Positions 56,316-64,000 of a stretch of 64,000 nt of DNA are shown here, piece after piece. The stretch covers positions 485,136 through 549,135 of the forward strand of contig JANWJF010000001.1 of the NCBI GenBank assembly GCA_025449535.1. Reading direction: 5' to 3'. How positions within the stretch are numbered: position 1 is the stretch's first letter; each line of letters starts with the position of its first letter. The notes beneath the pieces are model-generated. The model had not been told where the DNA came from, ran no database searches, and saw nothing but the letters and a program-made list of their open reading frames with translations. This DNA comes from Candidatus Saccharimonadia bacterium. Its GTDB lineage: Bacteria; Patescibacteriota; SICC01. The translations under genes were made by a program, and so were the position numbers.

Positions 56316-56816
56316 ATGGATTTGATTGAAAACTTACTCAAGGACAAAATCTTCTGGATTAGTGCCGGGGGAACTTTGGTAGTTGTTGCAGTAGCTGGTG
56401 CTATCGCCATTGCATCGTCTAGTGATAGTACCGATTACGCTTCACTCGTGACCAAAACACCAAGCCCAACTGTTGAACCAACTCCTAAGCCCACGCCTTG
56501 CCTGATTAAAGGGAATATTAGCTTCAATACAGGAGAAAAAATATATCACCTGCCTGGTATGGAGTTTTATGACGAAACGGTCATTGAGTCCGAGAAAGGT
56601 GAAAAGTTATTCTGCACTGAACAACAAGCCGTTAAAGAAGGCTGGCGCAAGGCAAAACCTGCTCCACCTCCCCAAGTTCAACAAGGGTATTACGAGGAGG
56701 GATGTGAGGACTTTGAGACTTTTGAGCAAGCATACGATGCGGGATATGAGTGTAATGACTTACCGAGCGAAGACAATATTGAAGATGAAGAAGGCTACGA
56801 AAATTACGAATACTGA
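56316..56816 (+). CDS. AT-rich (about 42% GC) membrane-anchored secreted protein with a conserved small Cys-containing domain and acidic C-terminal tail
   Basis: N-terminal TM, Pro/Thr linker, CLIKGNISFNTGEKIYHLPGMEFYDET ... FCTEQQAVKEGWRKA domain. Confidence 0.55.
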   Translation: MDLIENLLKDKIFWISAGGTLVVVAVAGAIAIASSSDSTDYASLVTKTPSPTVEPTPKPTPCLIKGNISFNTGEKIYHLPGMEFYDETVIESEKGEKLFCTEQQAVKEGWRKAKPAPPPQVQQGYYEEGCEDFETFEQAYDAGYECNDLPSEDNIEDEEGYENYEY

Positions 56817-56824
56817 CCTTAGTA

Positions 56825-57790
56825 TTAACCTTTCCCGTGAAACTTCTTATGCACCTCCCGCAACTGCGGGTTGGTGACGTGGGTGTAGACCTGGGTGGTC
56901 GTGATCGAGGCGTGCCCGAGCATCTGCTGGACGGACCGGATGTCGGCGCCGTTCCGGAGCAGCCCGGTCGCGAAGCTGTGCCGCAGCGTGTGCGGCGTCA
57001 CGTCCTTCACCAGGCCGGCCGCCGCCGCGTACTTCTTGATGATCCGTTGGATCGACCGCGGCGTGAGCCGGAGGTCGGCGCCATCGGCTTCCTTGGCGGC
57101 ATTGGTTGAGTCGCTGCGGGTGAGCAACGGCTTCATCGCGATCTTCCGTTTCAGTAGATAGGCGCGCAGGTATTCACCGGCGCGGTCGGAGAGGAAGACC
57201 AGCCGTGGCTTGTCGCCTTTGCCGCGCACCATGAACTCGCCGCGTTCGGCGTTCACCTGGTCGGTGTCCAGCGCGCAGAGCTCCGAGACGCGAAGGCCGG
57301 TGGAGTAGAGCAGCTCGAGGATCGCGCGGTCGCGGAAGCTCGTGAACGTGTCCTTGGTGCCGGAGGATTCAAGCAAACGTTCCGTCTCCTCCGGCGTCAG
57401 GAACTCGACGCTGCGGCGCTCGGTCTTGCCGAGCTCGATCTTGTCCGCGGAGAGCGCCTTCACGTCCCGCTTGGCGAGGTACTTGAGCAGCGCGCGGATC
57501 GCGATCACGTGGTAGTTCTGGGTGAGCCGCCCGAGCTCGCCACCTTGCGGGGTCGGTTGGCGGTTCAGCCAGAGCCGGAAGCCCCGGACGGCGTCGATCG
57601 AGATGTTGGACGGCTTGCTGACGCCGTGCTTGGCGCCCCAGGCCGCGAACCGGCCGAGGTAGTGGTCGTAGTTCCGGAGGGTGAGCTTGGAAAGCTGCTT
57701 CTCCACCTCGCAGTACTCGAGGAACTGCGTGATCATCTCCGAGAGCTCGGTCTTCGGGCGGGCTGGTTTTGGTGTCGCTTTTTCCGGCAT
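56825..57790 (-). CDS. tyrosine site-specific recombinase (XerC/XerD-like)
   Basis: R...HxxR...Y catalytic pattern (HTLRHSFATGLL ... LGHASITTTQVYTHV). Confidence 0.85.
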   Translation of the reverse strand: MPEKATPKPARPKTELSEMITQFLEYCEVEKQLSKLTLRNYDHYLGRFAAWGAKHGVSKPSNISIDAVRGFRLWLNRQPTPQGGELGRLTQNYHVIAIRALLKYLAKRDVKALSADKIELGKTERRSVEFLTPEETERLLESSGTKDTFTSFRDRAILELLYSTGLRVSELCALDTDQVNAERGEFMVRGKGDKPRLVFLSDRAGEYLRAYLLKRKIAMKPLLTRSDSTNAAKEADGADLRLTPRSIQRIIKKYAAAAGLVKDVTPHTLRHSFATGLLRNGADIRSVQQMLGHASITTTQVYTHVTNPQLREVHKKFHGKG

Positions 57791-57817
57791 GCGCCTGCAT
57801 TTTGCGACATATGCGCT

Positions 57818-57933
57818 GTCTTGTCATTCTGAGCGCAGCGAAGAATCCTGCTGGGTTGCCAGATCCTTCGGTCGCGGAGCCTGTCCTGAGCGAACAAAGC
57901 GAGTCGAACGGGCTCCCTCAGGATGACAAGTAC
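57818..57933. repeat. inverted repeat pair (tcttgtcattctgag / cctcaggatgacaag) flanking about 85 bp immediately upstream of the recombinase start
   Basis: 14/15 complementary positions. Confidence 0.4.
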
Positions 57934-57945
57934 CACCTGGCCAGT

Positions 57946-58025
57946 CATCTGGGGTGGGGCGGGGTCTCCTAACGGGTCGCAATGACGGCGTTAGAAGACC
58001 CCGCGGGTCCACTCCAGATGATTCA
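57946..58025 (-). repeat. R1a: about 80-nt imperfect palindromic repeat beginning at the stop codon of gene 58023-58493
   Basis: Conserved flanks catctggggtggggcgg...gaccccgcgggtccactccagatgattca shared with R1b. Confidence 0.6.
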
Positions 58026-58493
58026 ACTTCCTGACTGTTCGTTTCGGGCATCATGCCGGAAGGAAGCGATCAGAGCACCGACCAGTCCGCCGAAGAGGCC
58101 GGTCAGGCCGAGGATGAGCGCACCGCCGCGGCGGAGCCAGGAGCATTCCTTGCGGCGGCCGGAGGTTCTCAGGATGGTTCCCGAGACCAGTCCGGCACCG
58201 AGGATCGCGCCTGCCGTGATGTAGTTCTCGCCGAGCTCGTGTTCCTCACGGACCGTCGACTCTTCGTACTGCTCTTCCTGCGTCGCGGCTTGCCGCTTGT
58301 CGTCGCGGACCACGTTGATCACCAGCCAGGCGTACGCCGCGGAGAGCGCGGTGGTGATGGCGCCGGGAATAAGCATCCAGCGATTGCGGCGGTGCAGGAT
58401 CATGGTGACCAGTCCGCCAGCCAGCCCGGCGCCGCCCGGCAATCCGATCAGCGTGCATTCCCACACGACGGTGTATTCTTTCTTCTTCGTCAC
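58023..58493 (-). CDS. glycine-zipper membrane protein (156 aa)
   Basis: GxxxG-rich TM helices (GGAGLAGGLV, GAILGAGLVSG, GLTGLFGGLVGALI). Confidence 0.5.
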   Translation of the reverse strand: MTKKKEYTVVWECTLIGLPGGAGLAGGLVTMILHRRNRWMLIPGAITTALSAAYAWLVINVVRDDKRQAATQEEQYEESTVREEHELGENYITAGAILGAGLVSGTILRTSGRRKECSWLRRGGALILGLTGLFGGLVGALIASFRHDARNEQSGS

Positions 58494-58520
58494 GTCGTCC
58501 TTCCGTAGGGGTTGGTCAGG

Positions 58521-58739
58521 TCACTGCGAGCCCTTGAGGCCGACCACGAAGGCCAGTCCCGCGCTGCCGAGGGCGGAGAGGGTAGTCAGGAAGATTCCCA
58601 ACCGGGTGCGTCCGCGGTCCTTGCTGCGCCGGCCCGAGACGGTCAGTCCCACGCCGGAGGCCAAGGTGCCGCCGAGCCCGAATCCCGCCAGCGAGAAGTC
58701 TCGCGCGGCGGCGAAGCTGCTGGTCTTGAATCCTTTCAT
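58521..58739 (-). CDS. small glycine-zipper membrane protein (72 aa)
   Basis: AGFGLGGTLASGVGL and LGSAGLAFVVGL helices. Confidence 0.45.
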   Translation of the reverse strand: MKGFKTSSFAAARDFSLAGFGLGGTLASGVGLTVSGRRSKDRGRTRLGIFLTTLSALGSAGLAFVVGLKGSQ

Positions 58740-58761
58740 CCAACGGTCCCTTCGGTCGTCT

Positions 58762-58800
58762 TTTCATCTCTGGAGTGGAGATGGTTGGCCAGGTTGTTAA
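58762..58800 (-). promoter_or_regulatory. R2a: conserved upstream element with 6-7-6 palindrome CATCTC-N7-GAGATG, centred 35 bp before the start codon of 58521-58739
   Basis: Near-identical 39-nt copy at 59782-59820. Confidence 0.45.
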
Positions 58801-58821
58801 CGTCCGTCCGACCCGGCTTAC

Positions 58822-58903
58822 CATCTGGGGTGGGGCGGAGTCTCATAACGTGTCTCAAGAAGAGAGCGTTACGAGACCCCGCGGGTCCACTCCAGATGAT
58901 TCA
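58822..58903 (-). repeat. R1b: second copy of the about 80-nt palindromic repeat, beginning at the stop codon of gene 58901-59164
   Basis: 29+31 nt flanks identical to R1a; central 22 nt diverged. Confidence 0.6.
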
Positions 58904-59164
58904 TCCTTCCAGTTGGGACGTGTGGCGGCGTAGGGCGCGTTTCGCCCAAAGGATTGCGGTGCCGACGGCCCAGGTCAGGATCAGGGACTGGCTGGTGAGC
59001 ATGATGCCTCCGCCGAACAGCCAGTTGTTGTGTCGACGGCCTTTGCGCATCAGCATGATGCCGGCCATGGTGCCGATGATGCCGAGGAGGCCCCAGGGGG
59101 TCATTTCGCGGCGGTAGGTGTTGTATTCCATGGGCGTGAAGCGTGGCGGCGAGTCGTCAGCCAC
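58901..59164 (-). CDS. small membrane protein (87 aa)
   Basis: Two TM helices; ORF track. Confidence 0.45.
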   Translation of the reverse strand: MADDSPPRFTPMEYNTYRREMTPWGLLGIIGTMAGIMLMRKGRRHNNWLFGGGIMLTSQSLILTWAVGTAILWAKRALRRHTSQLEG

Positions 59165-59206
59165 GGGACTCCTTCCTGTAGTCGTTCCCGGACGGCGAAG
59201 CCGTCC

Positions 59207-59410
59207 CTAGTCGAGGTAGGCCATGAACTCAGCGGTTTTCTCTTCCATGCGGAGTTCTTGGTCGATCGCGAAGCCCAGGCCCAAAAGCAGGGCGACCACG
59301 ATCAGTGAGGCACCTTTGAGGAAGCGCCAGCCTTCGAAGTGAAAGAGACCGGAAAGCATCATCACGAAGCCGGCTCCGCAGCCCGTAGCGGTGGCTGCCG
59401 CGGCTCCCAT
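59207..59410 (-). CDS. small membrane protein (67 aa)
   Basis: Trimmed from a 300-aa overprinted ORF to the hydrophobic C-terminal ATG-started segment. Confidence 0.35.
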   Translation of the reverse strand: MGAAAATATGCGAGFVMMLSGLFHFEGWRFLKGASLIVVALLLGLGFAIDQELRMEEKTAEFMAYLD

Positions 59411-59478
59411 CGCTTCGTACTCGGGCCGGAGGTCGATCTGTTGTCGTGCCACGGGGTTCCTTTCGTCGTTGTCAGCGG

Positions 59479-59760
59479 TCACCCGCCGGAAGTTTGATCT
59501 GCGGTCGTGCCGTTCGGGGAGGCGGAATGCTTTGATCCGATTGCGACTCCGCAGAGCAGTGCCAGGCCAGCGCCCAGGAAGTAGAGCCCGCAACCGATGG
59601 CGAAGAGCTTTCCCTCTTCGTCGCCGCTCGATGTCGACACGACCATCAATGCGGTTCCTGTCGCGAAGATCGCTCCGAGGAGAAAGCCGATGATCAGGCA
59701 AAGCTGTCCGGCGAAGGCCTGGTCCCGCTGGTACTCGTCCTTCGTGTAAGTGTCCTTCAT
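59479..59760 (-). CDS. small glycine-zipper membrane protein (93 aa)
   Basis: GxxxG-rich helices; GGAGG RBS. Confidence 0.45.
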   Translation of the reverse strand: MKDTYTKDEYQRDQAFAGQLCLIIGFLLGAIFATGTALMVVSTSSGDEEGKLFAIGCGLYFLGAGLALLCGVAIGSKHSASPNGTTADQTSGG

Positions 59761-59781
59761 GGCGTTCCTCCGTCAGGGTCG

Positions 59782-59820
59782 ATTTCATCTCTGGAGTGGA
59801 GATGGTAAGCCGGGTTGTTA
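59782..59820 (-). promoter_or_regulatory. R2b: second copy of the conserved upstream palindrome element, centred 34 bp before the start codon of 59479-59760
   Basis: See R2a. Confidence 0.45.
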
Positions 59821-59909
59821 AGAGACCATTTACCATAGCATAAAAGTCCGCTTCCAGGCTGGCAAAATGTGCGCTCAGGTGCATAGTAATAAGCAGACAA
59901 GCCGTTACC

Positions 59910-60599
59910 TTGAGCGCCATGAGAACCCCTGGCACAGAGTTCCGTCCCGACGAACCGGTCCTCCGGGAGGTCCGCCTGGGGATCGAAGGTACCGACCAAA
60001 ACGAAATCGTCTTCTGCGGGATGTCGGAAGGCCGGTACTGCCAGGTAGCGGCGGGGGCAGTGGACTTCCGGATCGAGCCCGCGGACGGCGATACGTACCG
60101 GCTGATCAACCTGCGTACGGGAGAGCTTCACGTGCTGGAATCCGGAAGCCGCCTAGCTCCGTTCCCTTCGCACGACTTTTCCGAGCCGTTCTTCTGGTTG
60201 GACAATGATGAAGGAACCCTCCGGATCGGGAACGCAGAAGAAGGAGAAGCGTCGGTCGTCCGGTTCCCGTACGATCTGCGATTCGAGCTTGTCCACGCGG
60301 GAGTCATCCGGTGTCCCCAGGATAGCGAGCTACGTTCGGAACTGGTCCATTCGTTGTACGAGTACGAGGACCGCGACCTGGACGGGTATTCGGACCGCGA
60401 CTTCGCGTTGCAGCTGTACAAGGAACGGATCATGGACGCCCTGCTGGCGCGCGGGATGGTGACTGCTAGCCGGCTGTTCGATCAGCTCGAGGTAGCGGAA
60501 GCGGAGATCTTGACGATGACACCGGAAGAACGGCGCGAGGTATTCGATGAGGCGTTCCGGGAGATCCGAGGGACCTGCGCCCAGATGGCCGCATCGTAG
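59910..60599 (+). CDS. hypothetical protein (229 aa)
   Basis: ORF track; AT-rich upstream region. Confidence 0.5.
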   Translation: MSAMRTPGTEFRPDEPVLREVRLGIEGTDQNEIVFCGMSEGRYCQVAAGAVDFRIEPADGDTYRLINLRTGELHVLESGSRLAPFPSHDFSEPFFWLDNDEGTLRIGNAEEGEASVVRFPYDLRFELVHAGVIRCPQDSELRSELVHSLYEYEDRDLDGYSDRDFALQLYKERIMDALLARGMVTASRLFDQLEVAEAEILTMTPEERREVFDEAFREIRGTCAQMAAS

Positions 60600-60746
60600 G
60601 TCCTACGTTTTCGACACATAACAAAAATGCGGAGGGGACCGAAGCCACGGTGTGTGATGTGGCTTCGATCGCCTCCTCCCCGTCCGAAACGTCTTACGAC
60701 GCGGCCGCCCTGGATTGGGCACGGGGTTGCGGGTCTGGGTGTCTGA

Positions 60747-61241
60747 TCAGCTGACCGAGCTTGGTGCTGCTGGCTCGCGTCGCGTGTCAGTTGGTGACGG
60801 CGAGCTGGATTGGATGATCGCCTCCGGAGTGATGTTCTGGAGCTTGCGGTAGAGCCGGAAGCCGGTGGCCCAGTCGAGTGCGATGCAGGCGATGGCGAAC
60901 GGTGCCGCGAACGGCAGGAATTCCGCCTGGACGGGGTATATCGCCATGTCGAGGATTCCGATGGTCATCGAGGTCACGAGTCCAATCGCGATGGCCAGGA
61001 TGCGACGATGAGTGAATGCCGAGAGTGCTATGGCCAAGCCGACCGAGACGATGGTCGTGATCATCAGTACTTCCTGGATGGTTAGCGAGAGCACCATCGT
61101 GCTGAAGCCGCCTTCCCGGGCTTCCATGTCGTACGCGCTCATCAGGTCGCTCAGCAGGAACAGCTGGCTGAACGCCGCGATGGCGACGAGCAAGCCGATG
61201 ATCCAGCTGATCGGGTTGATGCGAAGCTCGAATGACTTCAA
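60747..61241 (-). CDS. integral membrane protein (164 aa; TTG start with AAGGAGGTG RBS)
   Basis: Hydrophobic; the 412-aa listed ORF is an antisense extension over the PAP2 gene. Confidence 0.5.
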   Translation of the reverse strand: MKSFELRINPISWIIGLLVAIAAFSQLFLLSDLMSAYDMEAREGGFSTMVLSLTIQEVLMITTIVSVGLAIALSAFTHRRILAIAIGLVTSMTIGILDMAIYPVQAEFLPFAAPFAIACIALDWATGFRLYRKLQNITPEAIIQSSSPSPTDTRREPAAPSSVS

Positions 61242-61367
61242 GCTCCCACCTCCTTTATGTCGAATGTCCGGACAGGAAAAAACTACCGGTTGCTGAAAAA
61301 GTACCACCATAGAGATACTTTTACAATAGTCGCGCGGCAAACCGGCAGGGGACGGTAAGCTAGGTGC

Positions 61368-61922
61368 ATGGACTCCCTGCGCCACCTCGACTACCTGATC
61401 GTGAAAGCCGCCTCGGAGGCGGGCCGGACCGAGCCCTATCGTGACGCTGTCGTCTACTTCTTCGCGGAACTGTTGGCGTACTGGTTCATCCTGGCGGCGA
61501 TCCTGATGTTCATGTCCGGCAAGACGCCGAAGCGGAAGGAACGCGCGCAGGACACGGCCATCGCCGCGATCGGTGCGGTACTGCTGGCAGTCGGGCTGCG
61601 GTGGCTGATCGGCGAGGTCTGGTTCCGCGAGCGTCCGTTCGAGACGCATCAGATTCATCATCTGGACATCGTCTCGCCGAGCGGCAGCTTCCCGAGCCTC
61701 CACGCGATGATGACGTTTGCGTTCGCCTCGACGGTGATGTTCATCGGGACGTTCCCGAAGTGGGGCAAGGTCTTCCTGCTGATTGCGGTACTGGTCGCCG
61801 CTGCGCGGGTCTTCGCCGGCGTGCATTACGTGAGCGACGTGGCCGTCGGCGCGGCGCTCGGCATCGGCATCGGCAAGCTGGTCAGCTGGCAGAGCAAGTC
61901 GCTCGCCCGCGACATGCGCTGA
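61368..61922 (+). CDS. PAP2 family phosphatase
   Basis: PSGSFPSLHA and GVHYVSDV (SxH / HxxxD) PAP2 motifs. Confidence 0.7.
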   Translation: MDSLRHLDYLIVKAASEAGRTEPYRDAVVYFFAELLAYWFILAAILMFMSGKTPKRKERAQDTAIAAIGAVLLAVGLRWLIGEVWFRERPFETHQIHHLDIVSPSGSFPSLHAMMTFAFASTVMFIGTFPKWGKVFLLIAVLVAAARVFAGVHYVSDVAVGAALGIGIGKLVSWQSKSLARDMR

Positions 61923-62002
61923 GCACAGGATGTGGGAAAACACCTTGGTTACGCGTAGACTGAGGATGTTCCCAGCTACCTTCACAAAGCGAGGTGAGCA
62001 TC

Positions 62003-62131
62003 ATGATCAAGGGCTGTGGAACGGTGATACTCATCCTCTTTATCTTCATGCTCGCGTTGGTCTACTACATCAACGAGGAGGCAAAGGAGAACGGAGGTAC
62101 TCCGCAGAACATCGAGAGACGGGAGAAGTAG
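62003..62131 (+). CDS. small membrane protein (42 aa)
   Basis: GAGGTGA RBS before ATG; single TM; not in ORF track. Confidence 0.3.
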   Translation: MIKGCGTVILILFIFMLALVYYINEEAKENGGTPQNIERREK

Positions 62132-62133
62132 AT

Positions 62134-62256
62134 ATGGACGCGACCTGCGTCACCGAAACGGCAGTCGACTTGGCTTGCGGCGGGCTGCTCCTCCTGGCCC
62201 TCCTGAGCTTTCCGTCGATGGCCTACTTCGGCCTCATGTACCGGGGCGGCTTCTGA
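62134..62256 (+). CDS. small membrane protein (40 aa)
   Basis: Starts 3 nt after previous stop; hydrophobic. Confidence 0.3.
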   Translation: MDATCVTETAVDLACGGLLLLALLSFPSMAYFGLMYRGGF

Positions 62257-62630
62257 TGGCCGTCGCGACCGGACGGAAACCCCGACGGACGATTGGGGTC
62301 GAGCCAAGCAAAGACCTGTTTATCTACCGCCTGACGGGCATCCTGCTGGTCGTGCTGTGCCTGACGGTCACGTGGACCCAGGACTTCGGCACGGCCTGGC
62401 GGATGATCCTGACGGCGGTAGCCGTCGTCGTCCTGGCGGCGGTGCTGTACCTGACGGGCCGGCGTGAAGTCGGGTGGTTTTGGCCCGGCCTGGGCCTCGT
62501 CGCCGGGGCATTGGCCATGGCAGGCGTTTGCCTGCAGCCGATCCACATCGCCCAGAAGCTGATCGGTTGGGCGATCCTCGGGTATGCGTGCATACGCATA
62601 GTCGCGGCAACCAAGAGAAAGGAAACCTGA
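62256..62630 (+). CDS. membrane protein (124 aa), TGATG-coupled
   Basis: 3-4 TM helices. Confidence 0.4.
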   Translation: MAVATGRKPRRTIGVEPSKDLFIYRLTGILLVVLCLTVTWTQDFGTAWRMILTAVAVVVLAAVLYLTGRREVGWFWPGLGLVAGALAMAGVCLQPIHIAQKLIGWAILGYACIRIVAATKRKET

Positions 62631-62633
62631 ACG

Positions 62634-63110
62634 ATGGGAGACTTGCGCTTCCTGACGAAGGACCGCGAGGAGCGGTCGACCGGTTCCGGGGCGGCCCGGC
62701 GGGAACGGACGTTCGTCCGGATGTCCGCCGTCTGCCTCGCCCTGTTCGGCGCGCTGTTCGTGTTCGGACTCATACTCGGCTCGGCCGGCGAGCAGGAGTG
62801 GGGTAAGCCGGTCGGCTTGTCCGGTTTCGGCTGCCTCGCCTTGGCGGGCGGTCTGTACTGGTATCGCGACCCGTCGCCGGAACGGCGATACGTCGTCCAA
62901 TGGGCGACGTTCCTCGGGTCGTACGTCGTGCTGGCCGCGGGGCTGGCCGCGGGGTGCGGTCTCCTCGGGTCGTTGGACCTTACCGGTCCCTGGGCAGCCC
63001 TGAGGAACATCGCGTTGCTCGCCATGTTGGCGGCGGCGGGGTTCATCGCCCTGGTCCTCCGCGCGAAGTTCGACCCCCGTCTTTCCGACGGGACGGACCC
63101 GTATGCGTGA
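62634..63110 (+). CDS. membrane protein (158 aa)
   Basis: 4 TM helices. Confidence 0.45.
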   Translation: MGDLRFLTKDREERSTGSGAARRERTFVRMSAVCLALFGALFVFGLILGSAGEQEWGKPVGLSGFGCLALAGGLYWYRDPSPERRYVVQWATFLGSYVVLAAGLAAGCGLLGSLDLTGPWAALRNIALLAMLAAAGFIALVLRAKFDPRLSDGTDPYA

Positions 63111-63324
63111 GCCACGGACGGAAACGTCCCAGGCTCGGAACCCGTTGCTGGTGATCGCGCTGATTCCCGTGCTGATGGCCTGCATCGCCTGCGCCAAGCT
63201 GGCGATCCGGTCGGGGCACCTCGTGCCCGGCATCGGTTCGGCGTCGATCGCCCTCATCACCCTCGGGTCGATGATGTGGTTCTGGTCACGCGCCCTCCGG
63301 CAATCCCCGCGGTTGCCTACTTAA
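63103..63324 (+). CDS. small membrane protein (73 aa), overlaps previous by 8 nt
   Basis: 2 TM helices. Confidence 0.4.
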   Translation: MREPRTETSQARNPLLVIALIPVLMACIACAKLAIRSGHLVPGIGSASIALITLGSMMWFWSRALRQSPRLPT

Positions 63325-63426
63325 GCGGTCGTCTGGTATCCCCTCGCGTTGCGAGGAACTCGGATACTGGGCGGCCGCTTTGCGCTTCCGGCGGCGTTTC
63401 CTCCGGGGAGGGTACACTGGATATCG

Positions 63427-64000
63427 TATGGATTACGTCTACGCCGCGATCCTCGGTATCATCCAAGGCCTTACCGAGTTCCTGCCGATCTCCTCGACCG
63501 GACACCTGGCCTTGGCGCAAGACTACCTCAACCTCGACCAGGCTGTGTTCGGCCTCCAGTTCGACGCCGCGATCCAGCTCGGCACCACGGTCGCGGTGAT
63601 CTGGTTCTTCCGGAAGGACTTCTGGAACCTCTTCCGCCACTGGCGCCGCCCGGCGGAGAAACGGCTGTTGCTTTCGCTCGTCGTGGCGACGATACCGGCG
63701 CTGGTGATCGGCGCTTCGTTGGAGAATCAGATCGAAGGCCCGTTCCGTGATCCGGTGGTGATCGCGGCGGCGCTAGTGATCGGCGCGTTCGTATTCTTCA
63801 TCGTGGAGCGCGTCGCCAAGCAGCGCCGGACCGTCCGCGAGGCCACCTGGAAGGATGCCGTCGCGATCGGGTTCGCCCAGGCATTGGCGTTGGTGCCGGG
63901 CGTATCCCGTTCCGGTGCGACGATCACCGCCGGGATGTTCCTGGGACTCAAGCGCGATGCCGCCGCCCGGTTCGCGTTCCTGTTGTCCGTGCCGATCATC
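63427..64000 (+). CDS. uppP: undecaprenyl-diphosphate phosphatase (UppP/BacA), 5' portion; runs off window end
   Basis: MDYVYAAILGIIQGLTEFLPISSTGH N-terminus; open to window end, so absent from ORF track. Confidence 0.85.

Noticed and set aside
61242-61985. Upstream portion of the 412-aa minus-strand ORF 60747-61985
   Set aside because: Antisense to the PAP2 phosphatase gene. The membrane protein has its own TTG start with AAGGAGGTG RBS at 61241.
1-64000. CRISPR arrays, rRNA genes, IS elements or transposases
   Set aside because: Scanned for regular direct repeats with spacers, rRNA-like conserved stretches and DDE or transposase-like ORFs; none found. The only recombinase is the XerC/XerD-like gene at 56825-57790.

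Overview
This is a high-GC (about 65%) bacterial chromosomal window dominated by housekeeping genes, with several lower-GC islets and one repeat-rich accessory region.

Housekeeping content, in window order:
- An ABC-2 exporter pair, a PduO-type cobalamin adenosyltransferase, an Fe/Mn superoxide dismutase, a SufS-like cysteine desulfurase, an M17 leucyl aminopeptidase, a PAS histidine kinase, an aldehyde dehydrogenase and an M23 peptidase.
- A CdaR/PucR regulator, TrpC, a ROK kinase, an FtsB-like protein, and a large Amidase_2 cell-wall hydrolase with three C-terminal repeats.
- TilS, FtsH, MurJ, FtsK, a RodZ-like protein, RecA and RecX, a membrane fatty-acid desaturase, the rpsF-ssb-rpsR block plus efp, YchF, a PAP2 phosphatase, and UppP (running off the window end).
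- Seven tRNA genes: Asn-GTT, Pro-CGG, Val-CAC, and three with CAT anticodons (one initiator-like, two Met/Ile2-type).

Lower-GC segments sit beside tRNA-Asn and beside the tRNA-Met pair.

The most unusual region is 56.2-59.9 kb: a very AT-rich secreted-protein gene, a XerC/XerD-type tyrosine recombinase, an inverted repeat, and a cluster of five small glycine-zipper membrane-protein genes. These genes are punctuated by two related palindromic repeat families: an ~80-nt one directly after the stop codons of two genes, and a ~40-nt one 34-35 bp upstream of two start codons.

Other uncharacterised content:
- A tandem pair of paralogous hypothetical proteins between murJ and ftsK.
- A standalone cyanophycin-synthetase N-terminal-domain homolog.
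- A lower-GC two-gene block (338-aa unknown protein plus a dual-LuxR-HTH regulator) between rpsF and ychF.
- A minus-strand operon: REC-only response regulator, small helical protein, signal-peptide bactofilin-like protein with C-terminal TMs, membrane protein, and a 319-aa unknown.
- Several translationally coupled small membrane ORFs.
- A GTATAC-N4-GTATAC palindrome embedded in the recA promoter.

No CRISPR array, rRNA or transposase was seen. All calls come from reading the sequence and the supplied ORF translations against remembered family motifs; no database searches were run.
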